The notes beneath the pieces are model-generated. The model was not told the origin of the DNA. It saw nothing but the letters and a program-made list of their open reading frames with translations, and ran no database searches. Shown in pieces: positions 1 through 8,830 of a stretch of DNA of 28,566 bases; position 1 is the first letter of the stretch, and each line of letters starts with the position of its first letter. The stretch comes from a virus. The stretch lies in IMG/VR virus record IMGVR_UViG_3300009431_000983. One strand, given 5' to 3'. Made by a program: the position numbers and the translations under genes.

Positions 1-1183
1 GAGATCCACACATCGAACAACAACCACCAGAACTAGTGCCCGCAAAAAGCGGAGGTTGTACCAAGCGCTCCGGATAAGTGGCGTAATGCTTTCCACGGTA
101 CTGGGCCACAGGAACATGAAAAACATCCCTGCATCTACGAGATCTCTCCTCATCTGAAGAAGCCTCACCGTCCCCAGTGCGCTCTACGATGGCCTCTGTG
201 TCGAAATAGTAATCGTCGGTCTTAGTGAACACAAAGACATGTTCGTGGGACTTTACTAAACGGCCTCCACCCCTCTTCCTGGAAACCCTACGCCCCTGCC
301 AGCACTTAAAGCACCCGCCCCCACCGCAGTGCTGACAAGTCTCATCCCTGACTTCATCCTCCCAGCCCACCATACTCTCCGGCATGGGGTTGGGCTTGGC
401 CCAGATTACGTCACCTCTCAACACCCAACCATGACTCTCCATCGTGGTCTGTAAGGTCCACGCTCTCATCTCTTGTGTAACTTCTGGAATAACTTCCGCG
501 TAGTTGTCACCGCTCGCAGACTGCACCAGACGACTGATCCACTCGTTTATCCTGGTGGACGGAATCACAGACATGCCCTGAGCGCCGAACGCCAACCTCC
601 AGGGTACACCAATGAAACTCCCCGTCTTAATGTGTGGACAGTCTCTGCGATTTCCTCGATAAAGAGGTAATGCTCCCTCTTCTTTCACAGCCCTGGATAG
701 GCTGTTCTCTCCCCCTCCCGGGTTTTTACAGCTTCCCTTTGCGGTCCAGTAACCATCACCAATAACCAGCCATAGAGTTCCATCCGGCCTCAAAACCCTG
801 CGCACCTCTCTGAGAACCTCCAAAAGATGCTCGACGTACATCTCTGGAGTGGGCTCCTGCCCTAACGCTCCGTTCCAGGCCCCACATTGAGTGCACGCCT
901 GGGTCTTTTTGCGGTCGTACTTGAAAGAATAAACGGTGCCTGTCTTGCCTCGAATGCTCTCAGCGGAACCCCTGAGAGCATTTCGATTTTCATTCATCAG
1001 CCCTCCATCCGTCTCAACCCAGACGTGCTCACACGACCGGTCTCCGCCCCAGATCGAGTGGATTACGTCGTAGGCCCGCATACCGAAATAGGGAGGACTG
1101 CAGATACAACAATGAAAGAAGTCATCCGGCAACTCTCTCAGTTTCTCCCTGCTGTCCCCCACAAGCACGTGCGCTTCAGACAC
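1..1183 (-). CDS. DNA methyltransferase (beta-class N6-adenine/N4-cytosine), 3'-truncated by window edge
   Basis: Manual minus-strand translation is open from about 1183 to position 1 with no stop, which is why it is missing from the ORF track. N-terminus reads VSEAHVLVGDSREKLRELPDDFFHCCICSPPYFGMRAYD (motif IV SPPY). It continues with a Cys-rich insert (CEHVWV..CTQCGAWNGALGQEPTPEMYVEHLLEVLREVRRVLRPDGTLWLVIGDGYW) that is clearly paralogous to the 2150..3355 protein. Likely GTG start at 1183, giving a TGA/GTG overlap with the upstream gene. The C-terminal part including motif I lies beyond the window. Confidence 0.75.
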   Translation of the reverse strand, partial: MSEAHVLVGDSREKLRELPDDFFHCCICSPPYFGMRAYDVIHSIWGGDRSCEHVWVETDGGLMNENRNALRGSAESIRGKTGTVYSFKYDRKKTQACTQCGAWNGALGQEPTPEMYVEHLLEVLREVRRVLRPDGTLWLVIGDGYWTAKGSCKNPGGGENSLSRAVKEEGALPLYRGNRRDCPHIKTGSFIGVPWRLAFGAQGMSVIPSTRINEWISRLVQSASGDNYAEVIPEVTQEMRAWTLQTTMESHGWVLRGDVIWAKPNPMPESMVGWEDEVRDETCQHCGGGGCFKCWQGRRVSRKRGGGRLVKSHEHVFVFTKTDDYYFDTEAIVERTGDGEASSDEERSRRCRDVFHVPVAQYRGKHYATYPERLVQPPLFAGTSSGGCCSMCGS

Positions 1184-1571
1184 CTTGTTGAACCTCCGTT
1201 CCTTTGACGGTCCCCAAGGAAACCCGCTCCTCTTCAGAAAAACAGGTATCTAGATATCGAAAACCCCTGAACGACTTAAGGCCCTCACCCCAGGGTCGCT
1301 CCAACTTCTGAAAATCCGGAGATCTCCACACGACGTGAACCCCCTTCCAGTCTTTATCGTGTACCTCGCAGTGCATATCCCGATCCGTCACTTCGTGCAC
1401 CTTAGCCTTGGCGACGACTTCGCCATTCAACTGAAACCAGATGCTCTCTCCTGGAGAAAGTCGTTTGGGTCTGGCCGATAAAGTGTGCCACTCGATGAAC
1501 CCCTCTCCCAAATCATAGTCGTTCCAAAATGACTCTGCGTCCCCCTTCCTGACACACACTACCACGTCCAT
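1176..1571 (-). CDS. hypothetical protein (possibly a small PUA-like beta-barrel; function unknown)
   Basis: ORF 1176..1652 trimmed to the internal ATG at 1571 (MDVVVCVRKGD...). That start lies 1 nt after the TGA of the upstream methyltransferase (TGAgATG coupling). The longer N-terminal extension would overlap the methyltransferase by about 80 nt. No recognisable catalytic motif. Confidence 0.5.
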   Translation of the reverse strand: MDVVVCVRKGDAESFWNDYDLGEGFIEWHTLSARPKRLSPGESIWFQLNGEVVAKAKVHEVTDRDMHCEVHDKDWKGVHVVWRSPDFQKLERPWGEGLKSFRGFRYLDTCFSEEERVSLGTVKGTEVQQGV

Positions 1572-1572
1572 C

Positions 1573-2178
1573 TCACACCTCCCCTTTGCAGAAAATCGTA
1601 GTCGTCCGAAAACGATGATTGGTGGACCTGGCGATCCCGATGAAACCTCCAAGCTGCCATCCGTCTTTTTTCCTGAACGGAGGATAGACGCAGTCTAACC
1701 ACACCAAGTAACCACCAGCTCTCGTAACCGCGGCGCACTCAATAACCACCGGCTTCCTCTTAACCATCGGAAAGTTGTACTTCTTGGCGTCCTCTTTACT
1801 GTACGGAGGGTCCGCAATAACCAAATCGAACTGGCCTGGCTCGAAAAACTCGCTCAACTGATGAGCATCGCCCTGAACGTCCACCTCTCCCTGGATGTCA
1901 AACCGAGTATAGTTCCCTTCAGGTAGGGATCCAGAAAAAAGATGTAAAATGTTCTCCGCATCGGGAAACATGGACATGACTCTCTTGAGGTAATTCGGCG
2001 GATACGCCCCGTAGAGTCTGCTCTTGTTCCTGAAATCGTTGCCTAAACACCAGTACCCAGTGAGCCACTCTCTACCGTTGTTCTCCGTAACCACCAGATG
2101 GGAAGCGGGCCACTTCGCGAAAGCAGCGTTGTAAAGCCGGGCTCGGTGTTCAAGCTTCCAGTGAGAATTCATCGGCAC
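1573..2178 (-). CDS. N6-adenine DNA methyltransferase (gamma-like order: FxGxG then DPPY)
   Basis: 201 aa. HLFSGSLPEG (motif I-like) is followed about 40 aa later by LVIADPPYSKED (motif IV DPPY), a classic amino-methyltransferase signature. Overlaps the downstream methyltransferase by 29 nt. Confidence 0.75.
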   Translation of the reverse strand: MPMNSHWKLEHRARLYNAAFAKWPASHLVVTENNGREWLTGYWCLGNDFRNKSRLYGAYPPNYLKRVMSMFPDAENILHLFSGSLPEGNYTRFDIQGEVDVQGDAHQLSEFFEPGQFDLVIADPPYSKEDAKKYNFPMVKRKPVVIECAAVTRAGGYLVWLDCVYPPFRKKDGWQLGGFIGIARSTNHRFRTTTIFCKGEV

Positions 2179-3355
2179 TTTCCACCTTCACTTCGGTTAA
2201 GAGACCTAACTCCTCGTTCACTCGTTCCTCGGCCTGACTTGCATAATCGTCCCCGATCTCCACCAGAACCGCTTCCCTGCCGATCTCCGCGGCAACTTTA
2301 CCAACCGTCCCAGACCCACCGAACATGTCCAGAACTCTACAGGGCGCTGCCTCTCCCTCAACTTTACAATTACAGTCCTGAACCCAGCCCACGGGATGGT
2401 CCTCTTCCAGGACTCTAAAAAACGGTCTACCACACCCTCCACAACACCCGCCGTCGCTGGTACCTAACTTCAGGCACCTGCGCACCAAATTCGGAGGAAA
2501 CACCGCGTAGTGTTGCCCAGGATAGTTCTGGAGTCCGATTCTCCACACAGATCGAATGTTTTTACCCCTCTTTGCGAATTGACTGGCGTCGGACCGGTCC
2601 TCACTTCCAGCGGCCCAACCTCTTCCCTGTGAACCTGCACGTACTTTGGCCCCTCCCGAGAGCGGATATTCTATTCTCTTCCTGGAAGCCTCACTGTAGG
2701 GCTCTCTGTTGCCTTCCATGTCATAGAAATACGAATCCTCTCCCTTCGTCAGAAGATAGAGGTACTCGTGTATCCGATTGGGTCTGCCGGACCCATTCTT
2801 TCTCTTCAGTATCTTACCCTTCCAACACTCCCCGCACGCTCCGTCCTCGCAAGACTCGCACTTACCAACCACCTTGTAATGAGCATCGTGGACGCTCTCT
2901 GGGAAGACGTTGGGCTTTTCCCAGACACAGTCACATTTGTGAGTCCAGCCCTCCTTCATCATCTCCTGAACCACCCGAGAAGGCACACACAGCAAGTTGC
3001 CTTTACGGTAATCCCCATGAGTCTTCTTGCAAAAGGAATCTCCGATGTTTAACCAGAAAATACCGTCGGACCTCAAAACACGAAAAGTCTCTCTGAAAAT
3101 CTCCACCAGGTGTTCGATGTAGAGGTCTGAAGTAGGCTCCCACCCCAACTGCCCTATCCAGGCACCGCAATCAGCACAAGTACCGTCATCCACCCAGGTA
3201 TGCTCACACCCCGCCTCTCCCCCATACGCCAGATCCGGAGCTTCGTACTTTCGAAGCTGGTAGTACGGAGGAGACGTTATCACACAATGAAAGTACTCAT
3301 CGGGAATACGCCCTAAAACGGACAGAGCGTCCCCCCTAACGATGCTAATGGACAT
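2150..3355 (-). CDS. DNA methyltransferase (beta-class N6A/N4C) with Cys-rich zinc-finger-like inserts
   Basis: 401 aa. N-terminus GDALSVLGRIPDEYFHCVITSPPYYQLRKY (motif IV SPPY). C-terminus VLDMFGGSGTVGKVAAEIGREAVLVEIGDDY (motif I FGGSGT), i.e. beta-class circular permutation. Inserts CEHTWVDDGTCADCGAW and CESCEDGACGECWKG are paralogous to the 1..1183 protein. Confidence 0.85.
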   Translation of the reverse strand: MSISIVRGDALSVLGRIPDEYFHCVITSPPYYQLRKYEAPDLAYGGEAGCEHTWVDDGTCADCGAWIGQLGWEPTSDLYIEHLVEIFRETFRVLRSDGIFWLNIGDSFCKKTHGDYRKGNLLCVPSRVVQEMMKEGWTHKCDCVWEKPNVFPESVHDAHYKVVGKCESCEDGACGECWKGKILKRKNGSGRPNRIHEYLYLLTKGEDSYFYDMEGNREPYSEASRKRIEYPLSGGAKVRAGSQGRGWAAGSEDRSDASQFAKRGKNIRSVWRIGLQNYPGQHYAVFPPNLVRRCLKLGTSDGGCCGGCGRPFFRVLEEDHPVGWVQDCNCKVEGEAAPCRVLDMFGGSGTVGKVAAEIGREAVLVEIGDDYASQAEERVNEELGLLTEVKVESADEFSLEA

Positions 3356-3370
3356 AACTACTTTTGCCGG

Positions 3371-3892
3371 TCAGAACTTACTGACGACTTGCCCACCACT
3401 CTCCTTCGATTCCCCATCAGTCCCTGTTGGTTTCCCAGCTTCCTCACGCGGCCCCACGAACGCTGAAGGTGAAACCTCTTCCACTTCTTGAACATCCACA
3501 ATCTCCCACTGTTCGTTATCATGCCCCTTCCTCTGGTCCATCAGCCACCAGGCCAACTCACCGTTCCCTGTGGATACTGCTTCTCTGATCTTCCTACGAA
3601 TCCTGTTTTCTTGAGCAACACCCTCCTGTTGCTCTTTCATCTCCTCACCGATTGCGCCAGGCATCGACACATCGTCATAGCTCCAGACGTTACTGGACAT
3701 TCGCCGTCTGTAGATAGCTAACGCAGCCGCCCTACACCGCAACTCAGAAGAAGCGTCGTAAACCTTGAGCCCGTCCGGTTCCTTGACCACCAAAACCTTA
3801 ACCGGGAATTTCGACGGTTTGGTTCTACCGTGACAGTCCTTGTATTTCTTACCGCTACCACACGGACAAGGCTTGTTTCTTCCCGTTTTCAT
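3371..3892 (-). CDS. SEC-C metal-binding motif protein, function unknown
   Basis: 173 aa. N-terminal KPCPCGSGKKYKDCHG matches the SecA-C-terminal (SEC-C) zinc-binding motif. The rest is acidic and uncharacterised. Confidence 0.6.
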   Translation of the reverse strand: MKTGRNKPCPCGSGKKYKDCHGRTKPSKFPVKVLVVKEPDGLKVYDASSELRCRAAALAIYRRRMSSNVWSYDDVSMPGAIGEEMKEQQEGVAQENRIRRKIREAVSTGNGELAWWLMDQRKGHDNEQWEIVDVQEVEEVSPSAFVGPREEAGKPTGTDGESKESGGQVVSKF

Positions 3893-3911
3893 TCCAAAAT
3901 GTCCTAAAGAG

Positions 3912-3943
3912 GGTCACCGTTTCCGTCCCTGGAAACGGTGACC
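3912..3943 (-). terminator. perfect 13-bp GC-rich hairpin (GGTCACCGTTTCC-gtccct-GGAAACGGTGACC) 13 nt after the stop of 3957..4199
   Basis: Seen directly. On the minus strand it is followed by CUCUUUAGGACAUUUUGG, a weak/interrupted U tract. Candidate intrinsic terminator or mRNA-stabilising stem-loop. Confidence 0.4.
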
Positions 3944-3956
3944 AGACCCAACAGCA

Positions 3957-4199
3957 CTAGTCGTAGTCCCCGTCGTCTAGAAGATCCACCTCTCTGGCAA
4001 TACTCGATTCATTCAAGTAGCGCTCCAAGTGCGCTTTGAGATTGGGGTGCAAATCCGTCATCCCAGACAATCTGACTAAAAACTGCAAGCCTTCATCAGT
4101 ACAACCCACGAACCCAATCGTTCTTCCCGCATTCTTTCCCGTCTTGAACTTGTATCCGGAAGCCTCCTTGAATGTCATCTCGACGCTTGCTTCCATCAA
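3957..4199 (-). CDS. hypothetical small protein (80 aa)
   Basis: Start ATG overlaps the stop of the upstream NDT-like gene in an ATGA arrangement (translational coupling). Ends 13 nt before a perfect 13-bp hairpin. Confidence 0.55.
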   Translation of the reverse strand: MMEASVEMTFKEASGYKFKTGKNAGRTIGFVGCTDEGLQFLVRLSGMTDLHPNLKAHLERYLNESSIAREVDLLDDGDYD

Positions 4200-4759
4200 T
4201 CCTCCTCCAAAGCGTCCTCAGAAAAAAGACTAGGACAAGATCTGTATTCGCTAAGAAGAATACCCAACGCTTCCAGGGGATCTTCTACCAGAGGTCCTCC
4301 GTCGTATTCCTGATGCAGAGGATTCAAAATGCGAGTAGTCCCATAAGTATAGGCCAGCCACATGTCGGGAAAATAGCACGGCCCACTTACCCACACCTGC
4401 TTACCTAAGGCCCTGGCGGTAGCCACCTCCGTAAGAGTCCCGTACACGTCCTGGCTGGAAATCCAGGCGAAAGTCACATCTGCCATCCTCACCGCTTCCC
4501 GAGATAGACGCCCCAGAATTACCCTCGCCCTGAAACGGTCCTGCCTGGCGATCCCGTCACAAATCTCCAAATATGGTCCGGTGTAGTCTAATCCGTCACC
4601 TAAACCGTCAGTGATTATTCGCCACGCTCTAGGTACTGTGTCCAACCTGTGATGTGAAGTCGCATATCCCTCAGGGAACTCACTAATCACCGGATCTCGC
4701 CAGCGCCCCGTAGGACCACTCACCTTACCCGCCAGGTAGAACGCTATCCTCTCGCTCAC
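4196..4759 (-). CDS. nucleoside 2-deoxyribosyltransferase / DNPH1(Rcl)-like N-glycosidase superfamily protein
   Basis: 187 aa. N-terminal RIAFYLAGKV (IYLAG-type motif) and C-terminal DVTFAWISSQDVYGTLTEVATARALGKQVWV (D..G T.E.G.A.A.GKPV-like motif) match the NDT/DNPH1 flavodoxin-like fold family as I remember it. Start overlaps the end of the PurA-family gene (4756..4759). Confidence 0.6.
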   Translation of the reverse strand: MSERIAFYLAGKVSGPTGRWRDPVISEFPEGYATSHHRLDTVPRAWRIITDGLGDGLDYTGPYLEICDGIARQDRFRARVILGRLSREAVRMADVTFAWISSQDVYGTLTEVATARALGKQVWVSGPCYFPDMWLAYTYGTTRILNPLHQEYDGGPLVEDPLEALGILLSEYRSCPSLFSEDALEED

Positions 4760-5889
4760 TTTTCTTTGAACCCCAAAAAGTCCCAGACATGGTTCTGCTG
4801 AGGCCCAGTACCCACCAGAATCACCGGAAGTCTCGTTTCCTCCCGCACCTGTCCAATGAACTCCCGAACCTTGGGAGGTAGCTCAGAAAACTCGTCTCCA
4901 CATGTGCCGAAACAGCTATAGTCAAGATAGTTAGCGAAGTTCAGTACTAGCTTGGTCACACCGTTCAGCCGACACGCTCTCTTGATCTGCTCCATGGAGA
5001 AGGTTGCCACCCGCCGCACCCTCTTAGTGACAGTCGTCAACTCCATCAAGTCGTAGTCCTCCGGGTATCCTGCTTCCTCCTTAATCTGCTCCCAGGTGAT
5101 CTCCTCTTGGTCCGGATACCAGTCCCCGGAATAGCCAACTTGCCTGCCGCCCTCAACCACGTTACCCACCCGTATCGGATAGGGCCTGAATACACCATAC
5201 ACGTCACCCAGGTCTCTGGGTGAAATGCCCGTATCCGTCAATTCCCTGGAGACGGTACACTCACGAGAAGTGCAAAACGGATAGGACTGACCGTGTAGCA
5301 TCCCCAAAGAAAAACCCTGGCTTCCTTCAGCCAGAAACATCCCCTGCTCCACAGCTTCCTGGATTACGTTGAACCACTCCCCCTCAGGCACAACCATAGA
5401 CGACAATTCCGATACATCCCTTGCCAGAACTACTCCCTCTCCCCGCATCATCCTCTCTACCTGAACGGCCCCCGACCCCTGCATGGTGGACGCCAAATGC
5501 TTAGTACTTCCCTCATTACCCACCTTTCCACTTTCCACCTCGGCATGCTTTTCGGTTACAACCATCGCCCTCGGATGAATGTGCACCGAAGAACTGTCAA
5601 GAGAACACTCATTTATCTCCTGTAGAAGTCTCTCAACGAAAAATCCCGCCCCAGGACCCACGTAAACTTCGACATCTTGTCCCTGATGCCTGAGAAAAGC
5701 ACTTACCGGAATCAACTTGGACACGAATTTACGGCCGTCCGCCAGTACTATAGTGTGTCCGGCATTTGGCAGATTATTTGTCCCCGCCCCCGTTACGTTG
5801 AACCTTTCCGCCAGATATCCAGCGATCAGACCCTTCCCACAACTACCGAACTGCAAATCCACCACAACGTTGAAACAACCACGAAGCAT
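4756..5889 (-). CDS. adenylosuccinate synthetase family enzyme (PurA/PurZ-like), divergent P-loop
   Basis: 377 aa. NVVVDLQFGSCGKGLIAGYL aligns with the PurA P-loop VVVGtQWGDEGKGKivD. NNLPNAGHTIV aligns with GGhNAGHTvv (conserved His). QGFSLGMLHGQSYPFCTS aligns with the QGtlLDidhGTYPfVTSS region of PurA. The SD GGAAGGGAGAA sits 8 nt upstream of the ATG. Confidence 0.75.
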   Translation of the reverse strand: MLRGCFNVVVDLQFGSCGKGLIAGYLAERFNVTGAGTNNLPNAGHTIVLADGRKFVSKLIPVSAFLRHQGQDVEVYVGPGAGFFVERLLQEINECSLDSSSVHIHPRAMVVTEKHAEVESGKVGNEGSTKHLASTMQGSGAVQVERMMRGEGVVLARDVSELSSMVVPEGEWFNVIQEAVEQGMFLAEGSQGFSLGMLHGQSYPFCTSRECTVSRELTDTGISPRDLGDVYGVFRPYPIRVGNVVEGGRQVGYSGDWYPDQEEITWEQIKEEAGYPEDYDLMELTTVTKRVRRVATFSMEQIKRACRLNGVTKLVLNFANYLDYSCFGTCGDEFSELPPKVREFIGQVREETRLPVILVGTGPQQNHVWDFLGFKEK

Positions 5890-5968
5890 GGAAACATTCT
5901 CCCTTCCAAGAAAGAGCGGTCAAAACTCCCATTTTTTCTACTTTGATGAAATCAGGCGGTTGTTCCCG

Positions 5969-8764
5969 TCAACCGCTGCACCCGTCACCCGCTCCGCAGT
6001 TCAAACACTTGTGACAGGTCCCATTACGCACCATCATGAATCCGCACCCTGGGCAAAGTGGCGCGTCCTCCGTCATCCTGAAAGCGTGGTCCTTGGTTTC
6101 AGCCTGTCTGATGGACGTTTCCTGTTCTTCTCTCTCTTGATTGTGCACCTCTTCCTCGTGGCCGTCGCCACTGACCTCAGGTATGAAGCTCTCCGAAGAG
6201 TCCAAGTCCTCAAGAAACTTGATACCAAGCCAACGGAACACATAGTCTACCACCGACTTGGCCAACCGTATATCCGGATTCTTAGTGTGGCCCGCCGGCT
6301 CGAAACGCATGTAACTCAGCTTGTCCACCAGGGCCTCAAGAGGAACACCATACTGTAGAGCGATAGAAGAAACAATGGCAATCGTGTCCATCAGACCAGA
6401 AATCGCACTCCCCTGCTTCGCCATCTTCAGGAAGATTTCCCCCGGCCTCCCATCATCGTACTTGCCGACCGTAACGAACCCTTCGAAACCTCCAATGTCG
6501 AAACGATGCGTGAGGGACTGCCTCTCCCCCGGAAGGTGCTCCCGCTCTGGACGAACCGCCGCCTTTTCTTCCTTACTCTTTGAAGTGCCGGAATTCAGAG
6601 GCTGCGCCTTCTTGCAGTTGTCCCGGTAGATAGAAATGGACTTGAGTCCCATCTTCCAAGCCTGAACGTACAAATCAAGGATCTCAGGTCCGGTCGTTTC
6701 CTCCGGAACGTTTACCGTCTTGGAAATTGCCCCTGAGAGAAATGGCTGAACCCCAGCCATCATTCTGAGGTGCCCGCTGTGATGGATCGACCGAGTACCG
6801 CTTAAAGGAACAAGAGCGCAGTCGAACACGGACAAGTCATCTTCTCTAAGACCTGGCGCTCCTTCGATGGTTTCTTTGGACTCCAGGTGGTCAAGAATGC
6901 CTGAAACCTCCCCGTCCCTGTAGCCCAGCACCACCAGTCCGTCCCGAACAGACTGGTTGACAATGCTCATTTCCCCTCCGCCTGAAAGCTTCTTCGTCTT
7001 TACTAGGGCGAGATCCGGCTCAATCCCTGTGGTATCGCAGTCCATCATGAAAGCGATAGTTCCTGTAGGCGCTAAGCACGTTACCTGGGCATTCCTGAAT
7101 CCGAAATGTGCACCATCCTTCAAAACATCTGCCCAAACATCCGAAGCCTTGTTACCTAGCTCCGTCTCAACTCCCCTGAAACCGTGACTTGCTGCCTGCG
7201 CGGCATGCTCGTGCATCACCGACATGAAAGACTGTTCGTTGTTGCGATATCCAGGGAAGACCCCCTTTCTCGAAGCCAACGAAGAAGAGGTCCTGTACGC
7301 TTCGCCCGTCATGACCGAAGTCAGAGCCGCAGCATAGTTGCGGCCTAAGTCACTGTCATAGGCGACACCCTTAGACATCAAAAACGCACCCAGATTGGCG
7401 TAGCCCAGACCAAGCGGCCTAAAATCGTTACTGTTCCTGGAGATCTTCGTTGTCGGATAGCTCGCCTTGCTCACAAGAATGTCCATGGCCGTGATTATCA
7501 CCCTGACCGTGTGACAGAACAGGGAAACGTCAAAAGACCCATCCTCACAAGTGAAACTCTTCAGGTTGAGAGATGCCAGATTACAGGCGCTATCGTCCAG
7601 GAACATGTACTCACTGCACGGATTGGAGGCGTTGACTCTGCCTGAATCCCTGCAGGTGTGCCAGTGATTGACGGTCGTATCGAACTGTAAGCCGGGATCG
7701 CCACAAGCGTAAGTTGACCTGGCGATCGCCTCAAGGATCTTCTTGGCGGGAATTGTGTCTACTGGCCTGCCCGTCACCACCTCGGTAGTTTGCCAGTCCT
7801 CACCCTTCTCAACTGCTGTCATGAAGGCATCCGGAACTCTCACTGAAAAGTTCGAATTCTGGAAAAAGACTGAACTATACGCCTCTCCGTTCAAAGAGTT
7901 GTCATATCCCGCCTCTACCAAAACTTGGGCCTTACGCTCCTCTCTGGTCTTGGCCTCAATGAAGTCCAGGATGTCCGGATGATCCACATTCAAAATCTGC
8001 ATTTTCGCGGCTCTGCGCGTCTTCCCTCCAGACTTGATGACACTAGCGAAAGCATCGTACCCCCGCATGAAAGCCAAAGGTCCCGAAGCAATTCCTCCAG
8101 CGCTCAAGTGCTCCTTGGAAGACCGGATAACGCTCAAGTTGGTGCCTGTACCAGAACCATACTTGAAAAGCATGCCCTCTGTCTTGGATAGCCCCAATAT
8201 GGAGTCCATGCGGTCTTCAACCGAGTTGATGAAACAAGCAGAGCACTGAGGACGATTCTCAATCCCTACGTTGAACCATACCGGACTGTTAAAGCAACCC
8301 ACCTGAAACAACAAGATGCTGGTCAATTCGTCCCTGAAGGTTTCAGCCTGCTCCTCTGTCTCAAAATAGTCCTGCTCCTCTCCCCACCTAGTGATCGTAG
8401 TCACCACCCTCCCAATCAACTGCTTAACACTGTATTCCCTACCAGGACTGCCAACTGCCCCCCGAAAGTACTTAGAGGCGACAACGTTGGTGGCGAGTTG
8501 AGACCAGGTCTTTGGTACTTCAACCCCCTCTTGTTCAAAAACGACTGTCCCGTCATCCCCGTTGATTACGGCCTTTCTGGTCTCCCACTCCACACGCTCG
8601 TATGGGTCCTTTCCTTTTACCGACCACTGCCTTTCGAGAGTAAGTACGCCCTTACCGTTTCCAGAAGACGGCCTAACGTCTCCTGCGGACTGCGTGGACG
8701 TTACTCCCTCTGTAATGCTTGCCCGTCCTCGCTCTACAGTAGCTACTGCTTGTCCCTCTGCCAT
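5969..8764 (-). CDS. nrdJ: ribonucleotide reductase, class II-like (adenosylcobalamin-type NrdJ) large protein with C-terminal zinc ribbon
   Basis: About 930 aa. ASKYFRG, NSPVWFNVG, CSACFI, GSGTGTNLS, NPCSEYMFLDDSACNLASLNL (RNR active-site Cys/Asn/Cys/Glu region) and C-terminal CPGCGF..CHKCLNCG. Start trimmed to the ATG at 8764 (MAEGQ), preceded by GGGAGGAGG. The longer frame starts with TTG at 8791. Confidence 0.85.
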   Translation of the reverse strand: MAEGQAVATVERGRASITEGVTSTQSAGDVRPSSGNGKGVLTLERQWSVKGKDPYERVEWETRKAVINGDDGTVVFEQEGVEVPKTWSQLATNVVASKYFRGAVGSPGREYSVKQLIGRVVTTITRWGEEQDYFETEEQAETFRDELTSILLFQVGCFNSPVWFNVGIENRPQCSACFINSVEDRMDSILGLSKTEGMLFKYGSGTGTNLSVIRSSKEHLSAGGIASGPLAFMRGYDAFASVIKSGGKTRRAAKMQILNVDHPDILDFIEAKTREERKAQVLVEAGYDNSLNGEAYSSVFFQNSNFSVRVPDAFMTAVEKGEDWQTTEVVTGRPVDTIPAKKILEAIARSTYACGDPGLQFDTTVNHWHTCRDSGRVNASNPCSEYMFLDDSACNLASLNLKSFTCEDGSFDVSLFCHTVRVIITAMDILVSKASYPTTKISRNSNDFRPLGLGYANLGAFLMSKGVAYDSDLGRNYAAALTSVMTGEAYRTSSSLASRKGVFPGYRNNEQSFMSVMHEHAAQAASHGFRGVETELGNKASDVWADVLKDGAHFGFRNAQVTCLAPTGTIAFMMDCDTTGIEPDLALVKTKKLSGGGEMSIVNQSVRDGLVVLGYRDGEVSGILDHLESKETIEGAPGLREDDLSVFDCALVPLSGTRSIHHSGHLRMMAGVQPFLSGAISKTVNVPEETTGPEILDLYVQAWKMGLKSISIYRDNCKKAQPLNSGTSKSKEEKAAVRPEREHLPGERQSLTHRFDIGGFEGFVTVGKYDDGRPGEIFLKMAKQGSAISGLMDTIAIVSSIALQYGVPLEALVDKLSYMRFEPAGHTKNPDIRLAKSVVDYVFRWLGIKFLEDLDSSESFIPEVSGDGHEEEVHNQEREEQETSIRQAETKDHAFRMTEDAPLCPGCGFMMVRNGTCHKCLNCGAGDGCSG

Positions 8765-8830
8765 GCTAACACTCCTCCTCCCTGTACCCAATGTTTACCT
8801 TCTCAACCTGAACTATCTGACGCTTCGCTG

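Noticed and set aside
2218-2442. 74-aa minus-strand ORF in alternative frame
   Set aside because: Nested inside the 2150..3355 methyltransferase in another frame. No start context.
5717-6358. 213-aa plus-strand ORF spanning the PurA-like/RNR junction
   Set aside because: Antisense to two well-supported minus-strand genes. It crosses their intergenic SD region.
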